Assembly: GCA_964016885.1 (NCBI GenBank)
Contig: OZ024742.1
Span: forward strand, 129,208,001-129,272,000
DNA length: 64,000 bases
Direction: 5' to 3'
Source of the DNA: Eledone cirrhosa
Lineage: Eukaryota
Below, one piece after another: positions 1 through 13,822 of this stretch (positions are counted from its first letter, which is position 1; each line of letters opens with the position of its first letter). The position numbers and the translations under genes are program-made. Below the pieces are notes generated by a model, which worked only from the letters and a program-made list of their open reading frames with translations, made no database searches and had not been told where the DNA came from.

Positions 1-451
1 ATCTCCCCGCACTCCTCTCAAAAAAGTAAGAGAGGAATGACATCCCTTTGGTAACCATATGACACCGCCTTTTTAAGATAAGGGTGCAGTGGGGAGGAGT
101 AGGAGTAGCAAACATTAGAAATCACACAATTAGAATTTAGGCCATGTGCTGAATTTTATTTCATTTATTAATTATTATTGTCCCCTACATGTCGGCCCTT
201 GTGGCTAATAAATGAAATCATTGTAATGTACTGGGTAATTGCTGGTCTTGTGCCAAAAGTAGAAACAATTATTATTATCATTTTCTGAAATGTGCGTGTG
301 TGTGTGTGGGGGGGGGGGGGTCCTCAAGTACTACTCAGACATTTATGTCTGAGTGAATGCAGTGAGTGTGAGCTTCCTGTAGAATCAATTTCCCAAAACA
401 CCAAACTGCAGTAGGAATAAATAACAACAAAAAAACAATATCAGTAGCAAG

Positions 452-485
452 AGTAGTAGTAATAGTAGTGGTAGTAGTGGTAGTG

Positions 486-529
<44 letters not shown>

Positions 530-610
530 GGTGGTAGTAGTAGTAGTGATGGTGGTGTTGGTAATGATAGTAGTAGTAGTAGTAGTAGTAATAGTAGTAG
601 TAGTAGTAGT
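452..610. repeat. (GTA)n/(GTG)n trinucleotide microsatellite
   Basis: Direct reading; explains the poly-Thr and poly-Val ORFs 335..616 and 468..701. Confidence 0.97.
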
Positions 611-1410
611 CAGCAACAGCAGTAAAAGGAGGTTGCTGAGGGATAAAGAAGGATGGAAGAAGAGAGGGATAGTAAGAGAAAGGTTTCAGAAGCTATCCTA
701 AAGCAGCTGCCTTTCCAGTTAAAAGTTTAACTGTTTAACTGGATGTTTGAATAAAATAGGGCGCGGCTGTGGGAGGGGTAGGGAAGGGGAGTTGTTAGGG
801 AAGTAATGAGGGTGGGTGAAATGGGATTGTAGGGGGTAGAGATGGCAAAATATAAAAACATTAAAGTCAGTCACTTCATATTAGCCCTGTTACTATATTT
901 CTAATGAAAGACACTGACTGATTTTCAAATAATTTTGAAAATAATCAAGAATTTGAAAGAGTTTAGTAATGGAACTTTTTCTCTATATGGTTAAAGTTTA
1001 ACTGGTTGTTTCAATAAAGTAGAGACTCGGAATTTAAAATGTGATTTGGGGGGGGGGGGCAGAGGTGGCAAAATAGAGAAATGTTAACCCTTTCATGAAG
1101 AATTAATGAAGAATTTTGAGAGATTTACTAAAATTATTACTTATTTCATTACTAAGAAAGAAAGGAAATTTACAGCTTGTACCTATACAGCGTTAGCTGG
1201 CTTCCTATGCGGCTGCATCTCACAGCAGGTTTCTCAGGTGTTTTAATGATAGGGGTCCCAGTCCTTTATTGAAATGTAATGTGAAAACTGTCTATGTATC
1301 ATTATCATCATCATTTGATGTCTTCTTTCCCTGATAGCAATGACTGGATGCCTTTTCTATATATGTCTATATTCCATACAAAAATTGGCCTTTTGCTTAG
1401 TGAAAAAAAA

Positions 1411-1594
1411 AAACCCTTTAGTTACCAACCTGGCCAAAAAATGGCTTTGGTTCTATGAAATAAAATCTCTCATTTTAAAGGCTTTCAATTTAAATTATGT
1501 CGTCCAACATAATTTTAGTAAATCCCTCAAAATTCTTCATTAATTAATTAAAATAGACTGTATTTCATTAGAAATACAGTCATGAAAGGGTTAA
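1411..1594. mobile_element. TTAA-ended MITE, family A (piggyBac-like termini)
   Basis: Begins AACCCTTTAGTTACC and ends CATGAAAGGGTTAA. Same internal sequence recurs at about 17512-17919, 28070-28270, 28277-28531, 29611-29836, 48191-48406, 62858-63082, with partial copies at 880, 1084, 2000-2137, 2990, 11850-12250, 12960-13113, 21640-22070 and 30060-30342. Confidence 0.75.
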
Positions 1595-1604
1595 TGTTGC
1601 AATA

Positions 1605-1820
1605 ACAAATGTTTCTACATTTGGCACAAACCCAACAATTTGAAGGGAAGGGAAGGGGAAAAATCGATTAAATCGACCCCAGTGCATTGCAAGTACTTTA
1701 TTTTATCGACTTCTATAAGGATGAAAGGCAAAGCTAACCTTGGCGTGATTTGAACTCAGAACATAAAGAGCCATAACTCTGTGCTGCAAAGCATCGTGTC
1801 TGATACTCTACCAATACTAA
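1605..1820 (-). mobile_element. tRNA-derived SINE family S1 (GCCTTTCATCC...GGGTCGATAAAAT core)
   Basis: Matches the full-length copies at 26150-26338 and 55351-55567. Confidence 0.8.
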
Positions 1821-2395
1821 TATTTCTTATATAGGACACAAGGTTATAAATTTTGGAGAGAGAGAGAGAGAAAACAGTTAATTACATTAAGCCCAGTATA
1901 TGACTGGTACTTTAAGAAGGATAAAAGATTATGTTGACTATGACACTATTTAAAATCAGAATGGTATAGCTAGCAACCAAACAGAAAAGCTATTTTGTCC
2001 TTCACTCTATCTTTGTTAAGTTATGTTCCAAACACCACCTCAATCCTAAGAAAATTAGTTGTTTGACTAAATCCATCAAAGTTCTTCATTATTTTCAAAA
2101 TTAGTCTTTTACTAGAAATATAATAATGAAAGGGTTAGGTGGCAAATTGGTTGATTTGTTAGAAAGTTGGAATACTTTGCAGTATTCATTCCAGCTCTGA
2201 GTTCTAATCCCACTGAGGTCAACTTTGCCTTCTATCTTTTCAAGGTTGATGAAAAAAAATACCAGTTGATTCTTCTCTTATATCTCTTTCTTACTTCCTC
2301 TTTACCACTTACACTCCTTTAGAAGAAATTGGCTGGAAAGAAGATGAGCTCCAGGTTTAAAAATGCCCCCAAAATATTGTATGCATCCTAACCAT

Positions 2396-2670
2396 GAAGT
2401 TGCATGGCCTCATGGTTAGGTTGCTTGGTGTACAATTATAATGTTATTGGTTCAATTCCTGGACAGGATGCTGCATTGTATTCTTGAGCAAAACACTTTT
2501 TTCATGTTGCTCCAGTACACTCAACTGAGATTGAGTACCAGGAGTTAGTCCTGTGATAGACCAGCTTCCTGTCCAGGGAGAGTCTTATACTCTCAGTTGT
2601 TTAATGCCAAGGAAACTGGAGATAAGCACCAGGCTGATGAGCCTTCAGCTTAGAACAGACTTTACCTTTA
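2396..2670 (+). mobile_element. CORE-type tRNA SINE, tail type a
   Basis: A-box-like TGGCCTCATGG, B-box-like GGTTCAATTCC, CORE-like TTCTTGAGCAAAACACTT, tail ...GATAAGCACCAGGCTGATGAGCC...GACTTTACC. Same family at 7595-7880, 10310-10548, 22985-23155(-), 41198-41476(-) and 49050-49240(-). Confidence 0.8.
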
Positions 2671-3152
2671 ACTAACTATGATGCCCCAACAACTCCATCA
2701 GGAGTTACAGGTCCATACATATATACATACAATGAAAGGGTTAAACAGTGGAATTTCCATTCAGTCAGCTAGACTATTACAATTACAGTTGATTTCATTT
2801 AAGTGCATAGTAGGCAATAAATTATGATATTTCAATATATTGTCAGTGATAATGTATTGTGATTATGTTACACATGTATAGATTATCTATCAAAACCTTT
2901 TTTTTTCTTTTTTTTACAGTAACTTAGATATGTTCCACCAGTCAAAGTGATATTTTTTTTATTGATACAAATCAAAATAACATTCACTTTAACCCCTTCA
3001 TTATTATATTTCTAATGAAATATACTACATATGAAGAATTTGCTGGAATTTACTAAACTTATAAATTATTTCATTATGAAGATACTATTTTAACAAAACA
3101 AAAGGTTCTTATATCAAATATACTGGAAGATTTTAATTTAAGTTGGAACTCT

Positions 3153-3378
3153 TTAACCCTTTAACATTTACATTACTCTATATTTACTATTATATTTTCA
3201 TGGTAAACACTTTACCTCACATAATATCTCACATAATATCGAATCTGAGATTTTGATATTATTTATGTTGAGAACAATACCTTAACATCAGTATGAGTCG
3301 ATGGTTATGGCTGCTTTGAACAGAAAGAGTTGAGAAAATTCTTGTCGGATATGGCCGGTTTAAATGCTAAAGGGTTAA
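3153..3378. mobile_element. TTAA-ended MITE, family B
   Basis: Terminal inverted repeats TTAACCCTTTAACATTTA / TAAATGCTAAAGGGTTAA; reverse-orientation homologue of 14200-14413 and 59781-60005. Confidence 0.85.
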
Positions 3379-5394
3379 ATGGGTGGATTTGTTCCATAGA
3401 ATCTTGGATATTTTGGGACAGCTTGGTATCAAAAGAGTTAAATAAATCCCTTTCAAATTTTTCAATTACCCAAGCTGACTCCGATTCATACATTACATGG
3501 AATTACTCAATGATAACAACTAAAGTGATGTGGATTAGGAAAATTTGATTAGATCAATCACAAACTACTGTAGTCAATAAGGAAAACAACAATATAGTGT
3601 CCGTTCATTGCTTAATAAAAAAAAACAACTTTTAGGATGAGAGAACAGAGACTACAGTGTTGACAATCAAACATAATATTGGGTTTGAGAGGACTTTTGA
3701 GTCTGGAGGCACATGGGACAACTTTTTTAGTGCTGGTGCTACAATGAAATCCACCCAGTAACACTCTGTAAAGTGGTACTATGAAAAAAAAATTCCCCAT
3801 TACACCCTGTAAAGTGATTGGTTTTAAGAAGGGCATCCAGCCGTGGGAGCCATGACAAATATGGATCATATGTGTAGGATGTTGCTGCTCCAACCTATAT
3901 GATCTTAGATCATGACAACTCATCTAACCCACACCAATGTGGAAAGCAGACGTAAAATAGTAATGATGATGATGGTAATGAAGACGAATGAAAATTATTT
4001 ATCAAAGTATTTTCTTTCACATTAAAAAATAAGATAAAAATAGATTGGAATCTGAATTTCAATAATCTTTAATTCATTGTAATACTATAAATAACTTCTA
4101 TATGTTTGACGTCAGTTTTATGTAAACATGAAATATTGAATAGTCATTTTAACTTATAGTAAAAACAGAAGCTTCCAGAATCATTTAATTCATATCAAAT
4201 AAAAAATAAATGTTTAATTTTATGCTACATTTCACCAGTATTTTAAAATCAAAATCAGAAAAATTACTTATGTAATTAATTGATTCATTTTATGTATTTA
4301 ACACTTTCATAACCAGCATCAGCGTTTTTAAGTCTGTTTTTCCATGCTTGCATGGATTAGATGGGTCCTTCTCAGCACAGCATCTTTTCACTGTGACTTC
4401 CTTCTACTGGCATTTCTTGCTACTTATTTCTAATAAAAAACACTGTCTCACTGTCTATGATTTTCAAATAATTATAAAAATAATCAAAAATTTAGAGGGA
4501 TTATAAATGAAGGAATTATAACTGAATTTCCCATTATTGAGATGATGTTTGGAACATCACTTAAACGTTCTTACATAAAATTATGATGAAAAGTTTTAAG
4601 ATAAATATAAATACTCTAAAAGAATTTTTTTTTTTTCTTCACTGTTGAACGAGGAGCAATTTCTGGTGGTTTGGAACGCTCATCATCCAAACCAATGAAA
4701 ATTTATCCCAATCTTTAATGACACAACCATGTGTGTGTAATGTTCTTTTTTTTTTTTTTTTTTTTTTCTTTAAATCTAACAAAAAAAAAAATTATAAAAC
4801 TGTTCAAGTTTAGTTATTAAGCAGCAGAGTATTTACCTGCTGAGAATCTGGCATCACTTTTGTTTCAAATTACAAGGTCTCCATTCTATGACCTCACAAC
4901 TAGTGCTCAGAATCAAGGCTGGAATGAAACCCTATATTATCCACCTCTGAATACCCTAGCATAAGCTGCTAGGTTGTACAATATGGAAAATGTTAAAAAT
5001 GCTTAACGTTTTATACATGTTAAAGAAATAGATTATATAACAGGCTGTTGCTTTATAAGATTACATGTCAACCACTGCTTCACTTAGTAATTTCCTTTCC
5101 AGAAAATTACATATTAGATAAGGCGAGGTCATGCAAAATCTTCATTGCTGCCATCATTACTGGTTTTAACATGCTTTCCCAATCTGGAACTGGTTAGAGG
5201 GATTTGAGCACAAATTTTGCACTATCTGCTCCAATCCATCTGTTAATCAATTTAGGGTGATACCTTGAAGGTCACAGTTAAATGGTAAACTGTAGCAATG
5301 AATTGCTGTCAAGAAGGAAAAGAAATGAAAATAAACTAGTAGTGAAATTAAAGAAAAGTAGATTGCATCTGGCATGTTCAGATTAAGGTAATAA

Positions 5395-5570
5395 CTGTTT
5401 CTACAATTTTGGCAGAAGGCCAGCAATTTTCAAGAGAAGAGGAAAGTTGATTAAATTGACCCCATGAGGATGAAAGGCAAAGCTAATCTCAGCAGGATTT
5501 GAATTCAGAACGTAAAGGGCCATAAGTACATGTCTAACACTCTACTGATACTGCCAATCCATGGCCCTTT
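5395..5570 (-). mobile_element. SINE family S1 with target-site duplication
   Basis: S1 core GGATGAAAGGCAAAG...GGATTTGAATTCAGAACGTAAAG, flanked by the direct repeat AGGTAATAAC. Confidence 0.8.
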
Positions 5571-7594
5571 AGGTAATAACAAAACATATAATAGAATAAC
5601 AAATTACAACAACAATCCTGAATGCAATCAGAAGCTGAAACCGAAGTTTATTTTTAGGTAATTAAATAAACTTCCTGTTTGTAAGGAGTTGCTAAGAGCC
5701 AAACTATCAAACATGTTAGAGTATCCAACCAGCATGCACTTAATCTCAATAAAATTGTATCATCTCTTCCAATTTGTTTATATGCAAAGTGCACTGATTA
5801 CAAGTAATTATCACTTAATTGAGACAATTACCATTATTGACAAATGAGGAAATAACTATTTTCACAAGTTCATTTATCTGAATGGGAGCAAGTCAAAATA
5901 TTTGCTTGCTGTTTATTTTGGCACATAACTATATCATTTATTATTTTTGTTGTTTTTTGTTTTGATGTTTTTTTTAACAAACCACTTGAACTGAACGAAG
6001 ATTGGAGCTAGCAATGCTGCTCCAATTATTGTATATGTTAGAGAGCCACACTTGCCACTACCACTATTGTGTGTGAGTGGGTGAGAGCCACACTTTAGGC
6101 AATCAGCATGACTTTAGTCTAGTGATTACCCAAACTTGGATTCATAACATTATAACCATTAATTTTTGTAGGTTGGTTATATAATTATCAAGGTTATGTT
6201 ATTATTGGCAGCAAAAGATTCTCACTATTTCAACAATTTTTTAAAAATGTTATGCAATAATTGATCATGAAAAAAGAAGATATTATTTTCATGTGAAGTT
6301 GCCATAATTGAGAATCAGAGAGAAGCTATCACAGAATAAGGAGAGGAGGGGATACAGAACCTTATTGCATAAAGAGGGAAATCTACATAATTAGAAACTG
6401 TGTGTTTGATGCGTTAAGTCAATGAATGCCTATTAACCAGGAAATGGAGAAGCCAGACAATAACTATGTCGGTTATCTAGAGTCAGACAAGAGGCATCTA
6501 ATTCTTTGAATATTTGATAATAAGCAACAGAATCTGTGTTACATAATGTAAAATGCAGGAGTTTTAGCTATTTTGTTTTCTTCAGAAAATAGTCTAGTTT
6601 ATGAATGCTAGCTAAAAAAATAAAATAATAACAATAATAATAATAATAATAATAATCAGTGTTGATCATCAACTCAATATCAAATCGTTTACTCTTTCTT
6701 TTGATGATCGACTGAACAAGGGAGTCTCTAAATCTCACACAAATCACACCCTATCATCTTAAAAAGAAAGACATTCAATAATGAAGTCTTAGATATTCTC
6801 TTTAGATTAGATTTATTTCTTGGTTATGACTTTCAAGTTTTTATTAACTAGATTGGATGATATTACTTGCAGTGTTTGTTGTTTTATTGTGTTAAATGTT
6901 TTTGTAGGAGAATAATTGTATTTTGTATGGTGTGTCTTGGTTAGTTTAGATTTGTTGTATTTGTTTATTTTATTTTGTTGTTGGGTTACGAGAGAACTAA
7001 ATCTTTATATATAAATTATGAGGATAGTCCCAGCTGGAACACACTTCCTCATAGGTACACTTATTTAGAAACTGACTAGGAGCTAAACAATAAAACCTAC
7101 TAATGATGAGTTGACAAGGGAGCCTTTAAGCTGTTAATTGACCTGATAGAAATAGCCAAATCATCCATAGATCACACTACATCCTCTTTTTTTTTTTTTT
7201 TTTTTTAAATAAAGACACATTGGATCATGCAGTTATCATCATTATTATCATTTAATGTCCATTCTCCATGCTAGCAACAGTTGAATGGGTCATCACAAAC
7301 CAACCAAGTCAGTACTTGGAGCTACTGACATCTCAGACAGGGGCTGAATTTCGCTTACATATGATCCCATACTTTATAGAGTGTATTGAGTGTATTTTGT
7401 CGTGGTATCAGCACTAAAGAGGTTCTCAACCCTTTTTTGGCATGGTTTCTACAGCTGAATGCGCTTTCTATCACCAACCACTTTATTGTACTAAGTTTTT
7501 CGTGGCAAAAAGATGGAATGGTCACATTTGGAATACCTTTGATCATAAACCTACTCAATTATGGATTATGAGGGATGGCAAGCATCCTTCAAGT

Positions 7595-7880
7595 GAAGGC
7601 ACATGGCCTAGTGGTAAGGCTATTGGACTTGTGATCATAATGTCATGGGTTCAATTCCTGGACAGGGTTGTGCATTGTGTTCTTGAGTAAAACACTTCAT
7701 TTCATGTTGCTCCAGTCTACTCAGCTGAAAATGAGTACCAGCAGTAGCTGAGGGTTTAACCCTGCAGTGGACCGGCATCCAGTCCAAGGAGAGAGTCTTG
7801 TACTCTCAGTTGCTTAATGCCATGGAAACTGAGGTAAGCACTGACCAGATGAGCCTCTGGGCTTCAGACAGACTTTAGAC
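7595..7880 (+). mobile_element. CORE-type tRNA SINE, tail type a (well preserved)
   Basis: GAAGGCACATGGCCTAGTGGTAAG head, GGTTCAATTCC B box, TGTGTTCTTGAGTAAAACACTT CORE-like block. Confidence 0.85.
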
Positions 7881-9326
7881 TTAGAAGAATCCTTCTCAAC
7901 AATTACCTACTGATCTATATTTACTGAATGGATACATAAATATACTCAACATGACTAACTCTACTTTCTTCCACTACCACCGCCACCACCACTCACTTGA
8001 AAATTAAGATAAGAATTAATGTCTAAGCACATTTAATACATGAATTGAATAAAACCAACTATATTCTTTAAATTCTTTTTTTTTAATAATTAATCGCTAA
8101 TGAAATCAACTAATTAATTCACACCAAATACACCTCTTTTATTCATATATCCCACAGCACAGGAACTAGGCATGTACTTTCTTCACTTGAATACTTTGTT
8201 TTTTTTTTTTAAGAAAAACAAGTGAATCATGCATTAAAAAAAAAAACCAAGAAAATTAATCTCCTCCAAATTCCTACCCAAATCTATTTAAATGATGCTA
8301 TAATACCAAACATTACTGATTATCCATAACATATGCCATCCTCTACTAACTGGAGTTAAATCCAATCTTTTCAGTGCTAGTATAACAGTTTCAAAATTTA
8401 TAAGGAAAGAAGTGTAAGTGCACATTATTCTCTTAGAACAGCAGTTTCAAAATGTTGCAGTATTTGTCCTGGCTCACACGCTCTCTAAGCTCAAATTCCA
8501 CTGAAATAAACTTTGCCTTTCATCCTTTTGAGATCGATAAATAAAATACTAGACCAGTATCGAAGTTGATTCTTCGTCTCTCTCTCTGGAAAGTATTTGC
8601 TGTGTTCTGGCCTGGAGAATGATGTGCTCCACTAGATATAACCCCACCCCATGCTGTGTATTGAGACAGTGCTCCTAGAACTCCATCAGGAGATATGTGG
8701 CCTTTGCCATATTTTTTTAAAACTTACTTGCAGAAATGACTATATTCCTGAGGTTTGACAAACCATTAACAATCCAAAAATATATTTCTTCCCATGCTTG
8801 ACTATCCTGTCAATATCACTTATTGAATTACGGTGATTCCAATGGAAATTAATTTTCATGGTTGTTAAAATTTTTATTTCAAAGCAAACATTAAACGGAT
8901 GTCATTTATTTTACATTTGAAAGGATACAGCATGTCTGACAGTGCTAATTAGCTTGTGTTCATTAATTAAAAAAATTCAGATAATGTTTCCATTAATACC
9001 AATATGATGATGAAGCTATTTATTATTGTTAAATGATGGTGGTGATGGTGGTGGTAGTCATGACAATGGTGACGGTGATAAAGAGATTCATCGTCATCAT
9101 AATTTTACATCTGTTTTTCCATACTGGCATGGGTTGGATGGGTTGTCATGGTCCATGTCATCTTACACACGACAAAGACAGTAAAAATCATTTGACTTTA
9201 GTGTTATATGTCTTAGGTATATTTTACTATTAACCCCATCACAAGCATGTTTCTGTCACACTGTATTAGTCTTTATATATAGTTACAGCTTACACGCACA
9301 TAAACATATTGCATATACTTCCATGT

Positions 9327-9560
9327 GAAGGCACGTGGCTGAGTGGTTAGAGAATTGGATTCGCAATCGTGAGGTTGTGAGTTCGATTGCCAGATCGGGC
9401 GATGTGTGGGGTCCTTGAGCAAGACACTTTATTTCATGTTGCTCCTTCTACCTGGAGTTGCGAGCGATAGATAGTATTAGCAATTGGAAAGACCAATGGA
9501 AACATCGTTTCCTCGGTCCGATTTAACGAAAGTTGATCGACTGTCGATACTTCCATATAC
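9327..9560 (+). mobile_element. CORE-type tRNA SINE, tail type b
   Basis: TGGCTGAGTGG A box, GTTCGATTGCC B box, CCTTGAGCAAGACACTTTA core, then CTACCTGGAGTTG...CAATGGAAACATCGTTTCC. Tail homologues at about 10960-11030(-), 27460-27520 and 46690-46855(-). Confidence 0.75.
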
Positions 9561-10674
9561 ATCTCTCTCTATTATGAATCATGCCGTGTTAGTGCTAATT
9601 AGTGGTTACAACCTTCCTAGACTGGTAGCATGTGATACTGTGGCTTGTGGAATCTATCTGCCTTGTTTAAATTTGGGAATTGAGAAATATATTTTCCCTT
9701 TACAATAATGACAAACATTTTAAGGGCTTTTTCCCAGAGCTTAGCCTGGGATCGGAAGGGGGTTAGGCAAGCTTCTCCATGTTGCCTATTTCCTGCACCC
9801 TTCTCCTCACTAATTGTTTGCCTTTCATTTCCTTCTAACATCATTTTTAGACATCTCTCTTGGTCTTATTCTACTACTACTTTTTCTTCTTACATTGGAA
9901 AAATATTTTTATGACTTTTTGAGGGGGGTAGGGAGGGGGTTAAGTAACTAAAGCAGTAATTAGTATGATAAATTAAACTTACAATTTAAATCTTAACATC
10001 CTCTAATGATTTAGCAGAAAATACCTAAACATGGGTTTAATTCAAATGTTTATAGCATCTTAACTAGTGGATAGATTGTTGTGAAAATTTGCAGTACACT
10101 AAAGACTTTAATTTTTAATGTAATGCAGTCATAGTGCTGTTTTGTAATTTTTAAGAATATTTTGCTAATGTCAATATGTGGTACAGGATATAAAAAGTTA
10201 AGTATTTGAATAAGAACTTGAAATAGAATGAAAATTTTAAAATCACCTATTTCGAATAATGTATATGGACTGACAGAATAAGTAGAGCATTTAACATGGA
10301 CACAGGCTTGTGTTAGCTCATGGTTGTAAGGTCATTGGTTCAATCCCTGTATTGGGCAGAACATTGTGTTCTTGGGCAAGGCACTACATTCCACACTGCT
10401 CCAGCAATAAGTATGTGGAGCAGCAATTGGTGGTTGTTGACCTTCCAGCAAACTGGTATCGCATCAAGGGAGGAGTCTTGTACTCTCAGTTGCTTAATGC
10501 CTCATGAAGCCAGGACAAGCTCAGCATCTGAGGTTACACAAGACTTTAAAAAAAAAAAGAAGAAAAACACCTACATCAGAAATTAACATTCTACATGAAA
10601 TAACAATGAAGTATACATTCAGCACAGGCAACTCTTATAATCCACCTTGGATTCCCAACTGTAAGGAATTTCTT

Positions 10675-10905
10675 CATCATCAATGTATTTATGTTTGTTT
10701 TTTCCATGCTCACGTGGGCTGGATGGGTCCTTTTCAGCACAGCACCTCTCCACTCATTGCATTCCTTCGTTATCTTCTCTGAGTGTCAGCGATTTGAAAT
10801 CAGCTCCCACCACCTCCACCCAGATTTTCCTTGGTCGACCTCTACTGTGGCTTCCTTCTACAGAGATTTCCTGTCACTTCTTCATCCAGCAATCATCATC
10901 CATGC
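10675..10905 (-). mobile_element. Old RTE LINE 3' fragment
   Basis: Minus strand reads ...SRGRPRKIWVEVVGADFKSL..., homologous to the RTE ORF C-terminus (GRPRKTW), followed by the RTE-type tail and GATGATGA. Confidence 0.65.
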
Positions 10906-11345
10906 TATACAATCCATATATTAAACTATTAAAAAAGAAAGGAGCTGATTGTCAGGTCAGACTAAGGAAACAATATTTCCATAGCTGATATTATCTGCCA
11001 GTCAACTCTCAGCAGAAGGGGCAACATGAAATAAAGTATTTTACTCAAGAACACAATGCCTCACCCAGTCTTAGAAATAAACCCATTTCTTTATGAAAAC
11101 CCTAACCTCTAGTCTGTTATGTACTAAAGAACGGTGGGAACATCACACAATGCCATTTTCCTGCTGATATAAACCAGATAGACCATCTACATATGTAGGA
11201 AATCGATATTTTTGTATGACTAATCAATAGTCAATAACATTTTCTTCACATTTCTTTTGTTTTGTTAATAAATAAAATTTATAGGTTTCAAAATAACTCG
11301 TGGCATCAATGTCAACTTTAAAAAGAGGAAAGAGATGAAATTTTA

Positions 11346-11387
<42 letters not shown>

Positions 11388-13822
11388 TATATATACTTTA
11401 AGTATATATATATATAATATATATAATAATATATATACTTAAAGTTTAACATTTCTACTGACCTAGTTTCTATAGAAACTGATATCATAGATAGAAACAT
11501 CTCACTTTATGAGTGAATGCTGATAAAAGAGTATTTTTTAGAGGAGAGATAAAGATAATGAGGTGAAAGAGAAGAAAGGTGTGCGAGGGAAAGAAGCAAA
11601 GAGAGAAGAAAGAGAAAATAAGAGAGTTGGTGTGTTTTGTAAAGAAAAGTCCTTTGAGCAATGTTTTATGTGAAAAAGTCATAAAACATGTGTAATGCCA
11701 AAACGGAATAAAAGCTCAAAATCCTGTCATTTATACAAAAAAAAAAATGCCTTTCAATACTTACAGGCGTCAAAATATATCAACCAGCTGCAATCTTTAA
11801 AATTGAGAATTAGCTAAAAGAATGCAACCACTTCTGCCTGAAACCACTTCTGGTTTCAGATAGAAAACTGTGTTTTAATGTATTTATGTTTATCTAAAAA
11901 CAAAAAACAAAAAAGAAACTTTCCAGCATAATTTTATATTGTTTCAAAAACAGGATAAATATTGAGAAAGTTAGTTATATCACTAAATCCCTTAAAATTT
12001 TGCTTATTTTGATTATTATTTGAAGATCACATAAGCAGTGTACTTTCATAAGAAATATGGTAACGAAAGAGTTAAATTTATTTGAAAAAACTTCCAATCA
12101 TAATTTCATGTAAAAACCTTTAAGTTACATTCCAAACACCAGTTTAGTAATGAGAAAGTTATATCACTAAATTCCTCTAAATTCTTGATTCTTTACAAAA
12201 TTAATTGAAAATAATAAGCAGTGTATTTCATTAAAAATATGGTAACACAAGAGAACAAAGCAATTTCTTTCTCCATGTTCATTTTCAGATTTTAGTACAA
12301 ATCCCATACCCTGTTGGTCATGTTGAATATCTAAAGCTGTAGTTCTTAAATCTGTTTGATTTCATTGCGCACTGGTGATCAAATAAAAAACAATGACTAA
12401 AACATGAACAGAGACAGTGTATAGTTGCAGGTCAACAGATTTAAAGCATTTATCTATACATCAATCTTTAGTCAGTAGCACATTTTACTTCTTTTTTTAT
12501 TATTATGGTGGTTTTGTAAAAAATATCAAGTTGTTCTCAAACTGGACACCTAGTCTAAATGTTTGTAATGGAGTAGACTTTACCAAAAGCAGCCAAGAAT
12601 TAGCATGTGAATTAGCCATGTAGAGGTTCTTTTATAGCAACTAATAAAATATAAGTTATGACTGACCATGGGTTTGCACCTGGAAAGTTACTCTCCATAG
12701 TGCAAGTCTGTGCAAGGTATTTTTGTGGAAGACCAGCAGTCACCCATGCATGCAAGTATCCCCTCTCCAAGCTACTGATATTGTCCAAGGGAAAAGCAAA
12801 GGTCGATACAGCTTGGCACCAGTGGCATTGCAACAAATTTTTTTCATCCAGCTGGAGCAAAGTGAAATAAAGTGTCTTGCTCAAATAATAACAACTGACA
12901 AACTGTTGATCCTTTTCATACCAACCATCTGAAACTGGTTTTATGATATATAACTGCTCCTTTTAATGTGTTTATATAATACTCCAAACATCCAATTAAT
13001 ATCAAAACAGTTTGTTATTTTTCTAAATTTCTGCAAATTCTTGATTATATTCGAAATTAATTGAAACATAGAGGCAATATATTCCATTAGAAATATGGTA
13101 ATGAAAGGGTTAAAGACCATGGCGTAAACTTTAAACTTCACAGGTGCAGCATTTGTAGCCAAAGCTGTAGATTAAGTAACCAACAGAATAAAAAAAAAAC
13201 ACTGAAACTTTTAAAAATAATTTAGATTACTTAGAATAATTTGATACCAGGAAGTGGACTTCCAAAATTAAAAGAAGGTATTTCCTGAGTACAGAACAGG
13301 TGGAGATGTGGAAGACAGAAATTAAGGAAATGGCAGGAGAAAATAAATATATAAAAGTATTTAGATATAGCTTTACTAATAGCAGAACTTGTTAACGATC
13401 TTTAGTACCAACTTCCTTGAGGGCTGTTAGTTATCTAACAGGTGAGAAATAGTGACATACAGTGACTGTTTACAAAGTGAACATAACATAGTAGACTGAT
13501 AAGAGAGGGGATTGGAGAAGAGGTGGAAAGAAGAGAGAGGAGAAAAGAGAGGCAGAGGAGATAGGAAAACAGAAAGAGGGAAAGACGAAAGTGAGTAGAA
13601 GAAGACAGGGAAAGAAGAGTGGGGGAAGAAAGAGGTGGAAAAAAGAGAGCAAGAGTGAAAGGAGAGCAACAGGGAAAGGATATATATATATAGTAATAAT
13701 AATAAATGTGAAGACCAAAATCCAAAGAGGCTCAATAAGGATAAATATATATCAAATATACAAGAACCCGAGAGCAAATATTTATTAAAATAACAGATTA
13801 AAGTTTAAGCAAAGAATCACTG

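Noticed and set aside
333-354. 10-bp perfect stem ACTCAGACAT-TT-ATGTCTGAGT
   Set aside because: Short enough to arise by chance in 64 kb of AT-rich DNA; no supporting context.
335-701. Poly-Thr/poly-Val ORFs, and similar YI-, poly-His-, poly-Met- and KE-rich ORFs elsewhere
   Set aside because: Translations of microsatellites or purine tracts; no real coding signal.
771-840. G-quadruplex-like G runs, and poly-G/poly-C tracts elsewhere
   Set aside because: Low-complexity tracts are common throughout the window; no promoter or other functional context.
2632-2645. CTGATGA motifs in CORE-SINE tails (also near 50302)
   Set aside because: Part of the SINE tail hairpin GGCTGATGAGCC; no downstream GAAA core in the right geometry.
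8728-8806. Possible minus-strand exon (DSQAWEEIYFWIVNGLSNLRNIVISA) with a GTAAGT donor
   Set aside because: The acceptor lacks a pyrimidine tract, composition matches background, and its phase does not join the 27.2-kb candidate directly.
11765-11813. Possible minus-strand mini-exon with a GTAAGT donor
   Set aside because: AT-rich, ambiguous acceptor, no recognisable peptide.
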